A stretch of 31,985 nt of DNA from positions 1 to 31,985 of IMG/VR virus record IMGVR_UViG_3300038566_000256; one strand, 5' to 3'. Positions 9,030-16,808 of the stretch are shown here, piece after piece. Made by a program: the position numbers and the translations under genes. The notes beneath the pieces are model-generated. The model did no database searches and had not been told where the DNA came from. It saw only the letters and a list, made by a program, of their open reading frames with translations. This stretch comes from a virus. Each line of letters opens with the position of its first letter. The stretch's first letter is position 1.

Positions 9030-9284
9030 ATGGATCAAACAATAATAAATTGGATTTTGGGTCTTTTCGGAATGATATTCGGTTTCATGCTGAAAACTGT
9101 TTGGCAAGCTGTAAAAGACCTTCAAACTTCAGATAAAGAACTTGTTGAAAAGGTGAATTCGATTGAAGTTCTTGTTGCCGGTCATTATGTAAAACAAGAC
9201 GAATTCAATCGATTATCCGACGCTATTTTCAAGAAACTTGATCGTATTGAAGAAAAATTGGATAAAAAAGAGGACAAAACATAA
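9030..9284 (+). CDS. Small membrane protein with an N-terminal transmembrane helix and a charged coiled coil. Lysis-associated candidate (holin, antiholin or i-spanin-like).
   Basis: The transmembrane segment is IINWILGLFGMIFGFML, followed by a K/E/D-rich helix. The gene lies directly upstream of the holin/endolysin pair. Confidence 0.45.
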   Translation: MDQTIINWILGLFGMIFGFMLKTVWQAVKDLQTSDKELVEKVNSIEVLVAGHYVKQDEFNRLSDAIFKKLDRIEEKLDKKEDKT

Positions 9285-9742
9285 TGTCATTTTGGGGAAG
9301 GCTATTTGGAACCGAAAAAGCCCTGGATGCCGTCATTGACGGTGTTTCCAGTGGTCTTGATAAATTGGTTTACACCGACGAAGAAAAGGCTGACGCGGCG
9401 GCAAAAGACCGATCTGAAGCCCGTCAAATGATTGTCGGCTGGATGGCTGCAACCCAAGGGCAAAACCTGGCGCGACGTTTGATCGCGCTTTCAATCACCG
9501 GTGTTTGGTTGTTGATGTATCTGATTTCAGTGTTGTGTTCGATGATTGCCGTTTTCACCAACGCCGATGGGGTCGTGACCGCTGAAAAAATCAGCGCGGT
9601 TGGTGATATTGCCAAAGCGTCAGCGATGGACATGAACCCCGCCGTGATGCTGATCTTGGCGTTTTATTTCGCCGCCCCGCACATGGGTGACATCGCCAAA
9701 GCCGTCACCGGTCGGTTCACACAATCAGTCAACAAGGGGTGA
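9284..9742 (+). CDS. Holin candidate, resembling the 3-TM GTA-type holins.
   Basis: The ATG overlaps the upstream stop (TAATG). An N-terminal amphipathic region is followed by hydrophobic segments (LIALSITGVWLLMYLISVLCSMIAVF and PAVMLILAFYFAAP). The gene lies immediately upstream of the endolysin. Confidence 0.55.
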   Translation: MSFWGRLFGTEKALDAVIDGVSSGLDKLVYTDEEKADAAAKDRSEARQMIVGWMAATQGQNLARRLIALSITGVWLLMYLISVLCSMIAVFTNADGVVTAEKISAVGDIAKASAMDMNPAVMLILAFYFAAPHMGDIAKAVTGRFTQSVNKG

Positions 9743-9745
9743 CAC

Positions 9746-10135
9746 ATGGCGTTCAAATTCAGTCAGCGTTCGCTTGATCGAATGGTGGGTGTTGATCAAC
9801 GGTTGGTTGATGTTGCGGCCAGGGCGTTAGAAATCAGCCCGATTGACTTCGGTATTCCCCAAGATGGTGGTATTCGCACTGACGACCGCCAATTCGAATT
9901 GTATTCAATGGGCAAAAGTAAGGCTGACGGCTACACCAAGAAAAGCCGCCACCAATCAGGCGATGCGCTTGACGTTTACGCGTATGTTGACGGGAAGGCG
10001 TCTTGGAAAAAAGAACACCTGGCAATCATCGCGGCCGCGATGCTGCAAGCCGCGATTGAATCGGGGGTGAAGGTCAAATGGGGTGGCCATTTCAAATCAT
10101 TTTACGACGCCCCGCATTTCGAACTTTTCAAATAA
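9746..10135 (+). CDS. Endolysin, an L-alanyl-D-glutamate peptidase of the M15 family (T5-type).
   Basis: The zinc-ligand pattern is SRHQSGDALDV ... DAPHFEL (H-x-D ... H). The size (129 aa) and the position after the holin fit. Confidence 0.8.
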   Translation: MAFKFSQRSLDRMVGVDQRLVDVAARALEISPIDFGIPQDGGIRTDDRQFELYSMGKSKADGYTKKSRHQSGDALDVYAYVDGKASWKKEHLAIIAAAMLQAAIESGVKVKWGGHFKSFYDAPHFELFK

Positions 10136-10146
10136 GGTGATAATAA

Positions 10147-10560
10147 ATGTGGGCGAACCATCCCGTTTATAAACAATATCGTGTGTCGAACAACGGCTTT
10201 GTCCGACACGTTAATTCGAAATCAAACAGGGCGACACGGGCCGATCGTTATGGTTATGAAAGACTGAACATTGGTTTTAATGGTGAACACAAGACTGTTT
10301 TTGTTCACCGACTTGTCGCCGAATGTTTTATTCCAAATCCTAAAAATTTGAAATCCATAAACCACATTGATGGCGACAAATTAAATAACAAGGTTGAAAA
10401 TTTGGAATGGATGACAATCGAAGACAACGTTAGTGACAGTTACAATCGACAACATTCGAAATGCAAACCAATTGAAATCGATGGTCGAAAATATAGAAGT
10501 TTGCGTGAAGCCGAACGCGAAACCGGAATTTCGCGTTTCGAATTGGCAAGGGGATATTGA
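10147..10560 (+). CDS. Free-standing HNH homing endonuclease (HNH_3 type) with a C-terminal helix-turn-helix-like DNA-binding tail.
   Basis: Motifs HRLVAECFIPNP...INHIDGDKLNNKVENLEW. The C-terminal RSLREAERETGISRFELARG looks like a NUMOD1/IENR1-type module. Confidence 0.8.
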   Translation: MWANHPVYKQYRVSNNGFVRHVNSKSNRATRADRYGYERLNIGFNGEHKTVFVHRLVAECFIPNPKNLKSINHIDGDKLNNKVENLEWMTIEDNVSDSYNRQHSKCKPIEIDGRKYRSLREAERETGISRFELARGY

Positions 10561-10563
10561 ACA

Positions 10564-10884
10564 CTAACGATCACCGCCAGAACCTTTAAGAACACCGCGT
10601 TTCGCGCGATCTTCCAGCTTTGTGATATTGTTTTCGGCGACTTCCGACAAATGAATGCCTTGTCGCTTCAATAACACCGCAAGATTCCAAAGCACGTCAC
10701 CGGCTTCAGAAATTACCTTTTCGCGATGACCTGGTTTCTCATCATCACCGCGCAACATTGGTTTCACGAACAGATCGGCCAGTTCGGCCGATTCAACCAT
10801 CAAACTGGCGGCGGGATAAAATTCATTCGTGAAAACAGACGTTTGTTCGGCCTTCAGTTGGTATTCGTCAAAGTTCATTGTCAT
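10564..10884 (-). CDS. mazG: MazG-like nucleoside triphosphate pyrophosphohydrolase.
   Basis: All-alpha NTP-PPase pattern: FDEYQ...ESAELADL...EAGDVLWNLAVLL...NITKLEDR. Confidence 0.8.
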   Translation of the reverse strand: MTMNFDEYQLKAEQTSVFTNEFYPAASLMVESAELADLFVKPMLRGDDEKPGHREKVISEAGDVLWNLAVLLKRQGIHLSEVAENNITKLEDRAKRGVLKGSGGDR

Positions 10885-11048
10885 TTTCCAAATAAGGGTT
10901 TTTGGCCTTCGTCAAGATACCACGGAATTTGAGTGTTGCAATCAGGGCAAATTTTCAATTGTAAGCTGGTCAACAACACCAATTTATCATTGCCGCATTT
11001 TGGGCAAATCTTAGTTGTTTGGCGTTCCGGTGTCACTGCTTTTGGCAT
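10881..11048 (-). CDS. Small zinc-ribbon protein of 55 aa, absent from the ORF track.
   Basis: Hand translation gives MPKAVTPERQTTKICPKCGNDKLVLLTSLQLKICPDCNTQIPWYLDEGQKPLFGK, with two CxxC pairs. Its stop overlaps the mazG start (ATGA) and its start overlaps the upstream ORF by 16 nt. Confidence 0.55.
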   Translation of the reverse strand: MPKAVTPERQTTKICPKCGNDKLVLLTSLQLKICPDCNTQIPWYLDEGQKPLFGK

Positions 11049-11245
11049 TGTTCTTCACCTTCGTATGGTGGCCAACCGACGCGCTCAGCTTTGGGAATAC
11101 CCTTTTCAGCGTCAGCGTTCCAAATAGCAACCATTTCACAATATTGTTGATTTTCGACTTTGGCGTCTTCGAAATCCATTGTTGACGCAATTGCGAAGAT
11201 CGCAAGCAACGCGATCATTGATAAGACTTTTTGCGAAGTTTTCAT
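11033..11245 (-). CDS. Small secreted or periplasmic protein of 70 aa with an N-terminal signal-peptide-like segment.
   Basis: MKTSQKVLSMIALLAIFAIAST is followed by a polar domain with two Cys. An AAAGG ribosome-binding site lies upstream, and the gene is the first one downstream of promoter-like site P1. Confidence 0.5.
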   Translation of the reverse strand: MKTSQKVLSMIALLAIFAIASTMDFEDAKVENQQYCEMVAIWNADAEKGIPKAERVGWPPYEGEEQCQKQ

Positions 11246-11286
11246 CGTTTAACCTTTAACCTTTAATTTTTAACGTTTATATAGTT

Positions 11287-11314
11287 ATTATACACACGTT
11301 TATTCTGTTTGCAA
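11287..11314 (-). promoter_or_regulatory. Sigma70-like promoter P1: -35 TTGCAA, 16-nt spacer, -10 TATAAT.
   Basis: On the minus strand the sequence reads TTGCAAacagaataaacgtgtgTATAAT. It shares the 15-mer TGTGTATAATAACTA with P2. Confidence 0.55.
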
Positions 11315-12655
11315 ATCTTTCTTCAAAGCATTGATCAAATTGCTTTGCGTTGCGTCTTTGTCGGCCAACACACGCATCACCCGTTCATCAAGGCAACCGT
11401 CGGCGACAATGTGAACGACCCGCACCGGCCGCGTTTGCCCTTGCCGGTGCAACCTGGCGTTGAACTGTTGATAAAGTTCAAGTGACCAGTTCAGGCCGAA
11501 CCAAACCGCCAGTGCGCCGCCTTTCTGCAAATTAAGACCGTGGCCGGCTGAAGCTGGATGGGCTAACAGCATCGGGATTTGGCCGGCGTTCCATTGGCGA
11601 ACAATGTCGGGGTTGTTGTCCAACACCACCGCGTCAGGGAACTTCGCTTTCAAGCGTTCCAGATCGGATTTGTAATTGTACGCGACCAGGATATTTTCGC
11701 CGCTGTTGTCTTCGACGATTTCAGCCAATGCGTCGATCTTGGCTTTGTGAACTTCTTTCCATCGCTTTGTTTCGTCGACATACATCGCGCCGTTGCACCA
11801 TTGCAACAATTTGTTGGCTAACACGGCGGCGGTCGACGCTTCGACGAATTCACCGTCTTCCAGTTCTATCAACAGTTCTTTTTCAAATTCCGCATAGGCT
11901 TTCAGGGTCGCCGGTGGCAACGCGATCTTTTCAACCAGGTCAATGCGTTCGGGCAATTCCAAATAATCTTCAGCCGTCATCGAAAGAACCTGGTGTTCAA
12001 TCAACTTGTGAATCGTTGCTTCAGCGCCTTCACGCGGTTCGAACTTATACCCCATATAGCCAGTGGCTTCGAAGAACCGTTTCTTGTAATTGGTCATTGT
12101 GCGCCCAAGCGATTGACCGAAATCAATCAAATACACTTGTGACCACAAATCCAACAGGCCGTTCGGTGCCGGCGTACCGGTCAGCAACACGGCGTAATTG
12201 GTCAAATGCAACACTGACTTCAATGCTTTGAACCGTTGTGATTTGGGTGATTTGAACGAACTTGATTCATCAATCACCACCATGTCGAACGGCCATTTGT
12301 TCTTGTAAAAATCCACCAGCCATTTGATGTTTTCACGATTGATCACATAAACGTCGGCGGTTCGACTCAATTGCGCGATTCGGTTGCGTTCGCTTCCGGT
12401 GCAAACCTGAACCTTCAGGTGACGAAGGTGACGCCAATTTTCGCTTTCCTGACGCCAAACCGTGTTTGCGACGCGCAACGGCGCAACGATCAAAACCTTT
12501 TCGACGGCAAGCGAATCTTGAAGGTCAGTGATCGCGGTCAATGTTGATGTCGTCTTGCCGGCGCCCATGAATAAAAACACACCGCAACGCTTCGTTTTCT
12601 TTATGAATTCAATCGTCTTTTCTTGATATGGGTGTAAATCAGTTCTATTTAACAT
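11300..12655 (-). CDS. SNF2/RAD54-family DNA-dependent ATPase/helicase.
   Basis: Motif I is LFMGAGKTT and motif II is VVIDESSSF. LLTGTPAPNGLLDLWSQ is the SNF2 signature. Motif VI is HRQGQTRPVRVVHIV. Confidence 0.85.
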   Translation of the reverse strand: MLNRTDLHPYQEKTIEFIKKTKRCGVFLFMGAGKTTSTLTAITDLQDSLAVEKVLIVAPLRVANTVWRQESENWRHLRHLKVQVCTGSERNRIAQLSRTADVYVINRENIKWLVDFYKNKWPFDMVVIDESSSFKSPKSQRFKALKSVLHLTNYAVLLTGTPAPNGLLDLWSQVYLIDFGQSLGRTMTNYKKRFFEATGYMGYKFEPREGAEATIHKLIEHQVLSMTAEDYLELPERIDLVEKIALPPATLKAYAEFEKELLIELEDGEFVEASTAAVLANKLLQWCNGAMYVDETKRWKEVHKAKIDALAEIVEDNSGENILVAYNYKSDLERLKAKFPDAVVLDNNPDIVRQWNAGQIPMLLAHPASAGHGLNLQKGGALAVWFGLNWSLELYQQFNARLHRQGQTRPVRVVHIVADGCLDERVMRVLADKDATQSNLINALKKDLQTE

Positions 12656-13115
12656 TGTGCCAATCCAATTCTTTTTCTTTGGTCAATCTGGCTTGAACGG
12701 CGTCTTCAAGATTTTTGAAATAACCAATATAAATTCGTTCGCCGTTATGTCGAATGCGCGCAATATAGCCGCCACATTTCATTTTATTGACGCCTGGTGT
12801 TCCGGTTTTATTTGTCGATCGTCTTTTTTGATTTCTAGCTTGTCTCGATTTTGAAGACCATTGAACGTTTGTTGGTTCGTAGTTTTTTGAAGAATCGATT
12901 CGATCAAGCGTGAAACCTTCGGGTCGATCCCCGATCGCTTTCAGATCATTGACGAAAACAACAAAGTCATCCCATTCTTTGCAAACGGAAATTCCGCATT
13001 CACCATAAAACTTGAAGTCTTTGTTGTTCGGGTTGTTGCACCGGTCACGCATATTTAACCATGTGCCATAAAGCGGGTGCTTCTTTCGTTCATAACCTTC
13101 AACGATTGTTTTCAT
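12645..13115 (-). CDS. Free-standing homing endonuclease with an HNH-like N-terminal domain and an AP2 DNA-binding domain.
   Basis: YGTWLNMRDRCNNPNNKDFKFYG...LDRIDSSKNYEPTNVQW is typical of phage HNH-like nucleases. The C-terminal GVNKMKCGGYIARIRHNGERIYIGYFKNLEDAVQA is AP2-like. Confidence 0.7.
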   Translation of the reverse strand: MKTIVEGYERKKHPLYGTWLNMRDRCNNPNNKDFKFYGECGISVCKEWDDFVVFVNDLKAIGDRPEGFTLDRIDSSKNYEPTNVQWSSKSRQARNQKRRSTNKTGTPGVNKMKCGGYIARIRHNGERIYIGYFKNLEDAVQARLTKEKELDWHNVK

Positions 13116-13166
13116 TTTGACTTTCCGTTTGGTAAATTACCCAAACAGCATATCACAATATTAAAT

Positions 13167-13466
13167 TTAACCACCATATTTTTTGACGTATTCTTCAACG
13201 TCACCAATACCGTAAAGCGTGAACACCTGACAACCAAGGTTTTTCAGCTTTGTTTGTTCGTGTTGTTGCAATTTGGTCAATTTCCCATAGGTGCGTTTCA
13301 ATTCAACAAAGTGAACCACGCCTTCAGGCCAAATCACAATTCGATCAGGGACACCGCGTTGATTTGGGCTGGTGAACTTTCGTGCCAACCCGCCGCGCGC
13401 CTGAACCATTCCAACCAGGCGTTTTTCAACTTGGCTTTCAAGCGCACCATTATTTATTTTTGACAT
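13167..13466 (-). CDS. VRR-NUC domain nuclease with a PD-(D/E)xK fold.
   Basis: Core motif GVPDRIVIWPEGVVHFVELK. The size is about 100 aa. The gene overlaps the polymerase stop by 13 nt. Confidence 0.75.
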   Translation of the reverse strand: MSKINNGALESQVEKRLVGMVQARGGLARKFTSPNQRGVPDRIVIWPEGVVHFVELKRTYGKLTKLQQHEQTKLKNLGCQVFTLYGIGDVEEYVKKYGG

Positions 13467-15253
13467 AATTCAAACCCCGTTTCTTTCAACAGCTTTTCGG
13501 CCGCTTCAATGTATCGACCGAAATCAACGTCGGTCGGAAACGATTTTGGCAAATCCATCAAAGGCTTTGCGCCGTCGGATTTCGGAACCTTGTTGTTGTT
13601 CTTTTTGTATTCGATTTGTTCTTCGGCTTCAACTTCGGTCGAATAGTAGAATCGAACCGCTTTGCCAAGATATTGATCGCGCCAAACCGCCCCGCCGTTG
13701 ACGCGGCGAACGGTCGCAAACTGACAAATATCGTCACATTTTCGAATCGTTTCTTCAATTGGCGTTCCGTTGGCGATGAACTTGGCGACCGCTTCGGGAA
13801 TGATTGGCATATCAGGGTTTTTCATCAAGCCCGTTGGCGCGAAAACGCCTTTCCCTTTGAACGATCGATCGGTTTTGACAGCGACATAGTTGTTCACGTC
13901 GCGGCTGGCCAAACGCAAATATTCGGTGCGTTCCAATTCATAAGACGTGTCAAGCATCCAATCGAACGCAACTTCACGAAGCGCCGAATCAAGCGACTTG
14001 TCGCAATAAGTCACAATGCCGTCGGTGTTGGCGCTGACAACATCAATTCCCCGCGCCTGAAGCCGTTCAATCAACATCAAAAGCGCCAATTGGCCGGTAA
14101 TGGTGGTTTGAATCAACAGTTCGGGCGAATATAGCGCCGACCATTTCGAACCCAACTTGCCGAATGACCCGTTCACACAAATCTTCAGGGTGTCGGCCGT
14201 GACTTTATCGCCGGCGCGTTTGGCTTCCAGGCGACGTTCGACAATGCTTTGATAAACCTTCAGGAATGGTTCGCCCATTGAATGCGGGGAAAGTTTTTGC
14301 TGAAGAATGATATTCGGATAATACGAAGCAACGTCATAGTCGGCCAATTGCATGTCGGTGTTTTCAACGTCGATGAACTGACGCTTTTCGCACGAATGCA
14401 AACCGCCGATGCCCATTTGAAACGCAACCCCGCCGACAATGATCGGTTCTTTCTTCAGCCAATCAGGCAGTTTCATCGCCCCATTGGCGCCAAGTTCAAA
14501 GTCAGTTTCAAGAATGCGTTCGAAGGTTTCACGCAACACCGGCGTTTCGAATTCGATGATTCCAGGGTCTTGGTAGTTGAAATAAACTTGGTCGATGTCG
14601 GGGCGATACGCTGTTTGGCCGGTGATTTTGGTGAATTCTGACTTGATCACCGCTTCGGCAATTTGCGCGTCGGATTTGCTTCGAAGGTCAATCCCGTATT
14701 GTTCCGACATCGAACGACGAAGTTGAACCTGGTCGGTCAGTTTATTGGACAATGCTTGGGTCACATCAAGGTCGTTTCCACAATACGCACGCAAAACGGC
14801 GGCGTCTTCGTCACTGATTATCGCGTCGGGTTCGATCGGCAAATCTTGCATCTTCTGAACACCCAATCGACCGCCATAAATTTTCAGTGACGCTTTGCCA
14901 GGTGCAACTTCAATCAAGTCGATGTGATCCCAAGTTCGGGGAATGTTGACGCCTTTGCTTTTCAACACTTGCCACGCCGGCAAGTTCGATTTGATGATTG
15001 CGTCGGAAAGGTCTTTGATCTGACTGTTGGTTTTGCCGGCGATGAACGCCCAAATGATTGGTAAATCATACGACAACCCGTTGAAGCTGATCGTCGTGTT
15101 TTTACGCATTAAGGCGGCGACTTTGCCGCGTTCGATGGTTGGTTCACTGTCATTGTGCATTTCAACAGTAACCAGCTTTCCGGTGCCAATCTGACGCGCG
15201 GCAAGCAAGAAGTAATTTCGGTACACTTCACAATCAATTATAACTTCACTCAT
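13454..15253 (-). CDS. Compact (599 aa) family-B-like DNA polymerase with a 3'-5' exonuclease domain.
   Basis: Exonuclease motifs: IDCEVY (ExoI), FNGLSYDLPII (ExoII) and YCGNDLDV (ExoIII). Polymerase motifs: DVASYYPNIIL (motif A, compare DxxSLYPS), KICVNGSFGKLG (motif B, compare KxxxNSxYG) and ANTDGIV (motif C, compare DTDS). Confidence 0.75.
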   Translation of the reverse strand: MSEVIIDCEVYRNYFLLAARQIGTGKLVTVEMHNDSEPTIERGKVAALMRKNTTISFNGLSYDLPIIWAFIAGKTNSQIKDLSDAIIKSNLPAWQVLKSKGVNIPRTWDHIDLIEVAPGKASLKIYGGRLGVQKMQDLPIEPDAIISDEDAAVLRAYCGNDLDVTQALSNKLTDQVQLRRSMSEQYGIDLRSKSDAQIAEAVIKSEFTKITGQTAYRPDIDQVYFNYQDPGIIEFETPVLRETFERILETDFELGANGAMKLPDWLKKEPIIVGGVAFQMGIGGLHSCEKRQFIDVENTDMQLADYDVASYYPNIILQQKLSPHSMGEPFLKVYQSIVERRLEAKRAGDKVTADTLKICVNGSFGKLGSKWSALYSPELLIQTTITGQLALLMLIERLQARGIDVVSANTDGIVTYCDKSLDSALREVAFDWMLDTSYELERTEYLRLASRDVNNYVAVKTDRSFKGKGVFAPTGLMKNPDMPIIPEAVAKFIANGTPIEETIRKCDDICQFATVRRVNGGAVWRDQYLGKAVRFYYSTEVEAEEQIEYKKNNNKVPKSDGAKPLMDLPKSFPTDVDFGRYIEAAEKLLKETGFELCQK

Positions 15254-15279
15254 AAAGGGGTGGCCTTTTTGTTGAGTTG

Positions 15280-15303
15280 AAAAAAGACGCCCCGAAGGGC
15301 GTC
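15280..15303 (-). terminator. Rho-independent terminator after the SSB-like gene.
   Basis: On the minus strand the sequence reads GACGCCCttcgGGGCGTCtttttt. The stem is 7 bp and GC-rich, with a tetraloop and a T6 tail. Confidence 0.75.
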
Positions 15304-15320
15304 ACGAATATTGTAAAATT

Positions 15321-15857
15321 TTAGTTGAAGAAATCGTCGTCTTCACTTCCATCATCGTCAAACGCGTCGAAATCGTCTTGCGATGCGGATTCGCCATCGG
15401 CAAACGGTTCACCGTCTTTGAAGAACTGAACACCCAACAGGTTGGCATTGATGCGTTTGCCAAAGCCGTTGTTCTGAACCCAAAGTTCAACAACCGCGTT
15501 CACATAACAACCAGCATAAAGACGTTCGTCGTCTTCAGTCAGCGGCGTGCGATCACGGTCAATGATTAGTGGGCGTTTATTGTTGGAAGCCTTGAATGAC
15601 ATGTGTCCGGCATAACCAGCATAATCGAAATCGTCACCGTCTTTCAGACAAATGCGATCAGCCGACAGCTTGGCACCTTTCAAATCGTCTTTGATGCGCT
15701 TGGAAATCGCCGCTTTCAATTCTTTGATCGCGTCAGCGTGCTTTTCTTTGTCCAACAGAAAAGTCGCTTCATACTTGGTTTCGGAACCTTCGAAGACCGC
15801 TTTGCGGAACAATGACGGGAAAGAAAGACGAACGTTTTGAAGTTTGATTTTAGCCAT
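15321..15857 (-). CDS. DUF2815-like phage single-stranded DNA-binding protein with an acidic C-terminal tail.
   Basis: The start MAKIKLQNVRLSFPSLF is preceded by an AAGGTG ribosome-binding site. The C-terminus DDFDAFDDDGSEDDDFFN is SSB-tail-like. The longer track ORF (to 15968) reads through promoter P2 and lacks a ribosome-binding site. Confidence 0.7.
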   Translation of the reverse strand: MAKIKLQNVRLSFPSLFRKAVFEGSETKYEATFLLDKEKHADAIKELKAAISKRIKDDLKGAKLSADRICLKDGDDFDYAGYAGHMSFKASNNKRPLIIDRDRTPLTEDDERLYAGCYVNAVVELWVQNNGFGKRINANLLGVQFFKDGEPFADGESASQDDFDAFDDDGSEDDDFFN

Positions 15858-15918
15858 TTGATTTTCACCTTTTGGTTTTGAATGTTTACGTTTATGTCGG
15901 ATCGGTTCGACATTAGTT

Positions 15919-15946
15919 ATTATACACAAGAAAACCCGACAAACAA
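15919..15946 (-). promoter_or_regulatory. Sigma70-like promoter P2: -35 TTGTTT, 16-nt spacer, -10 TATAAT.
   Basis: On the minus strand the sequence reads TTGTTTgtcgggttttcttgtgTATAAT. The 15-mer TGTGTATAATAACTA is identical to the one in P1. Confidence 0.55.
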
Positions 15947-15948
15947 GC

Positions 15949-16179
15949 CTATTTCGAAAATTCGTCATATGCTATTTTGCAAACCTTGGCGGGTTGCGGT
16001 GCCGAAATCAGGGTGTCGAATACACCTTGCGCGGCGGTGTTATCGGCGGGGAACTTCTTTCGATATTTCCGCGCCATACGCTTGATTTGTTTGTCAGGTT
16101 TGTCGCATAGGTACGCCGCCAAGGTCATGTTCAAAACACATTGCCAAAGCGGCGACGCTTCATCGATCACTTTGACCAT
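15949..16179 (-). CDS. Hypothetical protein of 76 aa.
   Basis: The ORF starts 2 nt after the thyX stop. No motif recognised. Confidence 0.45.
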   Translation of the reverse strand: MVKVIDEASPLWQCVLNMTLAAYLCDKPDKQIKRMARKYRKKFPADNTAAQGVFDTLISAPQPAKVCKIAYDEFSK

Positions 16180-16181
16180 TC

Positions 16182-16793
16182 TTACAACCGCTCTTTGAAC
16201 GCACTGGCGGCTACTGGCACAATTGGTTCGATCAAGGTCAACATTGCTTCAGCATACACGCGGATTTCATATTGTGCATGCGGGTGAAGGCGTTCGGCCA
16301 GGAACCTGAACAGGTTGTGAAGGTTCATCGTTGCAAACATGTGTGAATAGGTGCCGACCGGCAACACTGAACGCGCCAATTCGCGGGGCATTCCCATTTG
16401 AATCAATGTTTCGTATGTTCGAAAAGACCGTTCGTTGTTTTCAACAATCGCGTCACGCATCGCGTCAACCAGTGATTTTTCACCGTCGGGTAATTGTTCA
16501 TATTCTTCGCGGGTCATTGGGTCGCGCATTTGCTTGTTGTCTTTGTTCTGTTTACCAATCAAATGAGCTTCAGGCACATAAAATTCTTCAGGTAATGGGC
16601 GATAACGTGCCGAAAGTTCGTTGTATGATTGTGTGCGGTGGCGATGCCACTGGCGAAACACGAAGATCGGCGCCTTCACGTCGAAAGTGAATGTGACCGA
16701 TTCGAACGGGGTGTTGTGGCCGTTCCGCATCAAATAGTTGACCAAGCGGGTGTCGCTTCCCTGGTCTTCGCCGGCGAACGAAGCCGTGATCAA
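16182..16793 (-). CDS. thyX: Flavin-dependent thymidylate synthase ThyX (body). The conserved N-terminal strand is encoded in another frame from the ATG at 16812.
   Basis: ThyX signature RHRTQSYNELSARY (RHRxxSxxxxSxR), with YLMRNGHNTPFESVTFTFDVKAPIFVFRQW upstream. MNKIDVLDHGFVR, a canonical ThyX N-terminus, is read from 16812 in a frame offset by one nucleotide. Confidence 0.8.
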   Translation of the reverse strand: MITASFAGEDQGSDTRLVNYLMRNGHNTPFESVTFTFDVKAPIFVFRQWHRHRTQSYNELSARYRPLPEEFYVPEAHLIGKQNKDNKQMRDPMTREEYEQLPDGEKSLVDAMRDAIVENNERSFRTYETLIQMGMPRELARSVLPVGTYSHMFATMNLHNLFRFLAERLHPHAQYEIRVYAEAMLTLIEPIVPVAASAFKERL

Positions 16794-16808
16794 GAACGTC
16801 GATTTTAT

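Noticed and set aside
9843-10070. A 75-aa ORF embedded in an alternative frame inside the endolysin gene, considered as a possible embedded o-spanin.
   Set aside because: It has no canonical lipobox (L-[AS]-[GA]-C). The sequence around its Cys is TANSNC, there is no clear signal peptide, the remainder is Arg/Lys-rich, and there is no ribosome-binding site.
11579-14890. Multiple plus-strand ORFs of 75-172 aa, for example 11728..12231, 13077..13463, 13616..14134 and 14282..14641.
   Set aside because: All are antisense to confidently assigned minus-strand genes (SNF2, VRR-NUC, polymerase). They have no ribosome-binding sites or motifs.
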